DNA from: an uncultured Myxococcales bacterium
GTDB lineage: Bacteria > Myxococcota_A > Polyangia > Fen-1088
Length of the DNA: 62,029 nt
Direction: 5' to 3'
NCBI GenBank assembly: GCA_964491125.1
Contig: CAZBFJ010000002.1
Span: 1 to 62,029, forward strand
Under the pieces are notes generated by a model. That model made no database searches, was not told the origin of the DNA, and was given only the letters and a program-made list of their open reading frames with translations. Shown here piece after piece: positions 59,521 through 62,029 of the stretch. Position numbers and translations under genes: made by a program. The first letter of the stretch is position 1. Every line of letters begins with the position of its first letter.

Positions 59521-59715
59521 ACCCGACAAGGGAGGGATCCAGGGGAGAGCAGGCTGCTATCCCCCTCTCCCTCCGTCCTCTGTTCCCTCCCTTCCTCCCT
59601 GTTCATCCTCCGGCTCCGCCTGACCGCTCAGGACCTTGAAAGGGGTGGCCGGGGCCCTATCGCGCCGTTTGGTCAGCGCGCTACCCCGGCGGCGCTGCCT
59701 GCCCCTCCGTCTTGA
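58522..59715 (+). CDS. Group II intron-type reverse transcriptase, C-terminally truncated (likely non-functional)
   Basis: RT0-RT7 motifs are present: GAAVGVDGVT, IPKAPGKTRPIGISTIEDKVVQ, YGFRPGRSAHDAL, EADIESFFDSI, GTAQGSALSPMLGNIYL, RYADDLVIGF, LHPEKT and FDFLGFT. After ..WRKTRNGPW the frame runs into repeat E3 and the antisense of the anSME 3' end. Confidence 0.75.
   Translation: MGNAKTLQDVLPKLMRVAERAKREPEARILSLAHLVDVDLMKEAYRRIRKGAAVGVDGVTKEQYGRQLEDNLRRLHTRMREGRYRHQPIRRVHIPKAPGKTRPIGISTIEDKVVQNALTMVLEILYEPVFLDCSYGFRPGRSAHDALRTVNAACMRGEVSWVLEADIESFFDSIDRKKLMEKLRQRVNDEDFARLVGKCLHVGVLDGAEYTEPDVGTAQGSALSPMLGNIYLHHVLDVWLDRQVRPQLRGKTCLVRYADDLVIGFERREDAEMVMAMLHARMAACGLRLHPEKTRLVPFDRPAPRQDGGKGPGTFDFLGFTLLWRKTRNGPWATRQGRDPGESRLLSPSPSVLCSLPSSLFILRLRLTAQDLERGGRGPIAPFGQRATPAALPAPPS
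59561..59645 (-). repeat. Purine-rich E element, copy 3 (purine strand is minus)
   Basis: The minus strand reads CCCCTTTCAAGG...GGATGAACAGGGAGGAAGGGAGGGAACAGAGGACGGAGGGAGAGGGGG. Confidence 0.8.
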
Positions 59716-60805
59716 GCTCCTCGGCCAGGCGCTCGAGGCGCGGAAGCGCGTGGGCGTAGAAGGCCTTCCAGCCCTCGCACAGGACGCTGCCCGCTCGGCC
59801 GTCGCCGCCGGCGCGGCGAAACTTCGGGCAGTCGCCGTGACAAAGCGGCAGCCACGGACAGGAACGGCACTCGTCGTCCCAGGCCGCCTTGCGCAGCCCG
59901 AACCGCCGATAGAGCGGCGAGGCGAGGAGCTCCTTCCAGCTCCCACGCCCGATGTCGCCAAGCCGCCACTCGTCGCGGACGAAGAAGTCGCAGGGGTAGA
60001 TGCCGCCGTCGTGCTCGACGACGAAGTACTGGCGACAGTCCGTTCCCATGGTGCAAGCATTGCGCCTGCCCGTGACCAGGTACTCGAGAAGGGAATCGAA
60101 CAGGCGGATCGACACCCGACGCACGTCGCCGGCCACCCACTGATCGAAGATCTCGCAGAGGAAGCGCCCCCATGCCGCTCCGGACACCGAATACGGCAGA
60201 AGCTGCCCGCGGTCGTCGAATTCCACGCAGGGGACGTATTGCTGGTGGAACAGGCCGTGGTTCTTGAAGTAGCCGTAGATCTGCCGCGGCTGCTTGACCG
60301 TCCGGTCGTTCACCAGCGCGAGAACGTTGACGTCGACGCCGCGCCTGCGCAGCCGGTCGATGCCCTTCCGCACCAGCGCGTGGGTCGGTTGGCCGGCGGT
60401 GGTCTTGCGATAATGGTCGTGCACCTGGGCTGGCCCGTCGAGGCTGACCCCGCAAAGGAACTTGTATTCGGCGAAGAAGGCCGCGAGCTCGTCCGTGATC
60501 AAGGTGCCGTTGGTCTGGAAGCCGTTGCACACGACAGCGCCCGGCGGGGCGTGGCGCCGCTCGAGCTCGACCGCCTTCTCGAAGAACGGCAGGCCCATCA
60601 AGCCGGGCTCGCCGCCCTGCCAGCTGAAGGTGTAGGCCACCGTCTGGCGGGACCCCATGTAGCTGGCGATCACCCGCTCCAGGGTTTCGTAGGTCATCCG
60701 TGGATGCGCCGAGGTCGACGCCCGCCGGCCCAGATAGAAGCAGTAGGCACAGCGCAGATTGCAGTCCGCCGCCGAGGGTTTGATGAGCAGAGAGAAGTCA
60801 CTCAT
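59681..60805 (-). CDS. Radical SAM / SPASM anaerobic sulfatase-maturating enzyme (anSME)
   Basis: The CNLRCAYCF radical SAM cluster motif and C-terminal SPASM cysteines (CRSCPWLPLCHGDCP). It is convergent with the sulfatase gene. Confidence 0.88.
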   Translation of the reverse strand: MSDFSLLIKPSAADCNLRCAYCFYLGRRASTSAHPRMTYETLERVIASYMGSRQTVAYTFSWQGGEPGLMGLPFFEKAVELERRHAPPGAVVCNGFQTNGTLITDELAAFFAEYKFLCGVSLDGPAQVHDHYRKTTAGQPTHALVRKGIDRLRRRGVDVNVLALVNDRTVKQPRQIYGYFKNHGLFHQQYVPCVEFDDRGQLLPYSVSGAAWGRFLCEIFDQWVAGDVRRVSIRLFDSLLEYLVTGRRNACTMGTDCRQYFVVEHDGGIYPCDFFVRDEWRLGDIGRGSWKELLASPLYRRFGLRKAAWDDECRSCPWLPLCHGDCPKFRRAGGDGRAGSVLCEGWKAFYAHALPRLERLAEELKTEGQAAPPG

Positions 60806-60837
60806 GAAGCGGCCCCCGCGGCGATCTGAGCATTGTG

Positions 60838-60937
60838 TTGGCCAGCCCCGGCCAGCCTCTGCCCTCGCTTCCTCGCTTCCTCCCCTCCTCCCCTTCCTCC
60901 CTGTTCATCCCGTCACGCAAGGCGTGCGATCACCGCG
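60838..60937 (-). repeat. Purine-rich E element, copy 4 (purine strand is minus)
   Basis: The minus strand reads TGACGGGATGAACAGGGAGGAAGGGGAGGAGGGGAGGAAGCGAGGAAGCGAGGG...GAGGCTGGCCGGGGCTGGCCAA. It ends ~30 nt before the anSME ATG. Confidence 0.85.
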
Positions 60938-61314
60938 TCCGCGAATTCGAGCGTGCGCAGCGAGCCACCGAGATCGCGCGTCTTCTCCCCCTCCCGGAGC
61001 GCGCGATCATAGCCGGCCCGGATGCGCCCGGCGGCGGCGCGACAGGCCTCGTCCTTGCGGGACTCGGCCAGGTAGTTGAGCATCATCACGGCGCTCATGA
61101 GCAACGCCAGCGGATTGGCCAGGCCCTGCCCCGCGATGTCCGGCGCCGAGCCGTGCACCGCCTCGAACACCGCGCCTGCCTCGCCGATGTTGGCGCCCGG
61201 CGACACCCCGAGACCGCCGACCAGGCCCGCGCAGAGGTCCGAAACAATGTCGCCGTAGAGATTCTCGCAAAGCAAGATGTGGCCATAGTCATTTCGAAGT
61301 GGTTTTGTGCGCAT
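60913..61314 (-). pseudogene. 3' fragment of an isocitrate/isopropylmalate dehydrogenase-family gene
   Basis: Only the C-terminal ~125 aa are present (ENLYGDIVSDLCAGLVGGLGVSPGANIG...FEAVHGSAPDIAGQGLANPLALLMSAVMML). The N-terminal two thirds are absent, and the 5' junction (~61262-61310) is unusually AT-rich. Confidence 0.8.
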
Positions 61315-61478
61315 CGGAGAACCTTGGTGGAACGCGGCATCAGGGCATCAGGACCACGGCCGCATGCACGGAGGGCGCAGGCCGGGGTTTTCTCGGGGGT
61401 TCTCGGGTCTGACGAAGGTCTGACGAGGGTGTCTGGAACACTCTCGGCAGTCTACCCCCATCCCGCCTGGTCAACGCG

Positions 61479-61567
61479 AGGTCAGTTCAGCAAGTCCCCA
61501 TCCTCACCAGCAGAGCGCGTGGGCGGAGGGCGCGCCGGGCGTGCGGGACGGAGCTTGGGCGGCTCGG
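61479..61567. repeat. 89-bp direct repeat, copy B
   Basis: See the partner at 56469-56557. This copy directly abuts the 160-bp repeat. Confidence 0.95.
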
Positions 61568-61727
61568 CTAAGGCACTCCGAAGAGCGCGCGGGAGAAGAG
61601 GCCCGTGCCGAGGCTCGCCGCGTTCGCCAGGAGCGCCCACGCCCAGGCGCGGCGACGGCGAAACAGCACGGCGAAGTAGGCGCTCTCCACGGCGACCGCG
61701 AAGATCTCGGCCACCACCGTGAGCCAC
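61568..61727. repeat. 160-bp direct repeat, copy B
   Basis: See the partner at 56138-56297. This copy forms the 3' end of the intact ORF 61568-61897. Confidence 0.95.
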
Positions 61728-61897
61728 CCGTGGGAGAGCGGCAGCAACGGGAAGAGCACGAACCAGACGATGGGGTGCGTGAGGGCGCTGGCCCCGAAGG
61801 CGGCCGGGATGGTGGCGCGCAGCCCGACCGCGTAGATGGGCACCTCCACCAGCTGGGTGAAGACGAAGGCCGCGAGCCAGGCCTCGAGGTAGTCCAT
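61568..61897 (-). CDS. Small hydrophobic membrane protein (unknown function)
   Basis: 109 codons with three to four hydrophobic helices. Its 3' third is duplicated at 56138-56297. Confidence 0.6.
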   Translation of the reverse strand: MDYLEAWLAAFVFTQLVEVPIYAVGLRATIPAAFGASALTHPIVWFVLFPLLPLSHGWLTVVAEIFAVAVESAYFAVLFRRRRAWAWALLANAASLGTGLFSRALFGVP

Positions 61898-61971
61898 CGG
61901 GGCCTAGCCCGTCCTGAGCCAGTCTGTTCTCGTGTTTCCGTCGATGGGTCGGTCCTCGCGAAGAATGCGGG

Positions 61972-62029
61972 CTAGCGGCGGCGGCGGGCGAAGAGGAACA
62001 GCAAGGAGAACGAGGCGGCCAGCAGCCAC
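61972..62029 (-). CDS. 3' end of a CDS running off the window (hydrophobic helix plus RRRR C-terminus)
   Basis: The minus strand reads ..WLLAASFSLLFLFARRRR-stop. This resembles the TM-plus-arginine end of MYXO-CTERM/PEP-CTERM-type sorting tails. Only 18 codons are visible. Confidence 0.3.
   Translation of the reverse strand, partial: WLLAASFSLLFLFARRRR

Larger units (their letters stand above)
56298..61567. mobile_element. Putative integrated island remnant (cargo: sulfatase, RT remnant, anSME, dehydrogenase fragment)
   Basis: The segment lies between the two 160-bp direct repeats and contains two gene fragments, a retroelement remnant and several internal repeats. No recombinase ORF was recognised. 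Confidence 0.4.

Noticed and set aside
60792-60908. Small ORF MNREEGEEGRKRGSEGRGWPGLANTMLRSPRGPLHE just upstream of the radical SAM/SPASM gene, considered as a possible RiPP precursor. Similar MNRE.. ORFs occur in E1 and E3.
   Set aside because: The similarity simply reflects the repeated DNA element. The peptide has no Cys or other obvious modification core. The radical SAM protein is explained as an anSME by the convergent Cys-type sulfatase (CTPYR motif). The other copies are not next to any maturase.
56587-60937. The E elements, considered as a CRISPR array.
   Set aside because: There are only four degenerate copies, of mixed orientation, with irregular spacings of 1.2-1.7 kb occupied by genes. 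No cas genes are present.

Overview
About 70% GC chromosomal window with myxobacterial character: a FrzS/AglZ-type pseudo-receiver protein, many lipoproteins, a Ser/Thr kinase, and a hydrophobic-plus-RRRR C-terminal tail at the right edge. Coding density is very high, and most long ORFs in the track are antisense shadows of real genes.

Gene content, left to right:
- 58-6119: a nuclease-like/class III cyclase fusion, sodC, a zinc-ribbon Ser/Thr kinase, and a HAD hydrolase with a nucleotidyltransferase.
- 6.6-30.7 kb: a long stress/dormancy-type stretch. It holds YqjD/YqjE-like envelope proteins, GlsB, an AI-2E transporter, a sigma54 enhancer-binding response regulator, ku-ligD, a YflT-like stress protein, a Gfo/Idh/MocA oxidoreductase, a debranching enzyme plus treX-treY-treZ, and ferritin.
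- 30.9-46.7 kb: housekeeping genes. These are fmdB-groES-groEL, PilZ, cyaY, hflX, a FrzS-like protein, an ECF sigma/anti-sigma pair, secA and a trans-sulfuration enzyme.
- 46.8-56.0 kb: a membrane glycosylation-type cluster, then ddl, prolyl oligopeptidase and a POT transporter.
- 56.1-61.7 kb: a scrambled accessory segment.

Two signals look most interesting:
1. 56138-61727 is a 5.4 kb island-like insertion. It is bracketed by a 160-bp direct duplication of a gene's 3' end. It carries a sulfatase/anSME pair split by a truncated group II intron-type reverse transcriptase, four copies of a purine-rich repeat, nested mirror-ordered direct repeats and a dehydrogenase gene fragment.
2. Five well-spaced sigma54-type (-24/-12) promoter candidates sit in front of ku-ligD and neighbouring stress genes, next to an orphan sigma54 activator gene.

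No rRNA, tRNA or CRISPR array was recognised.
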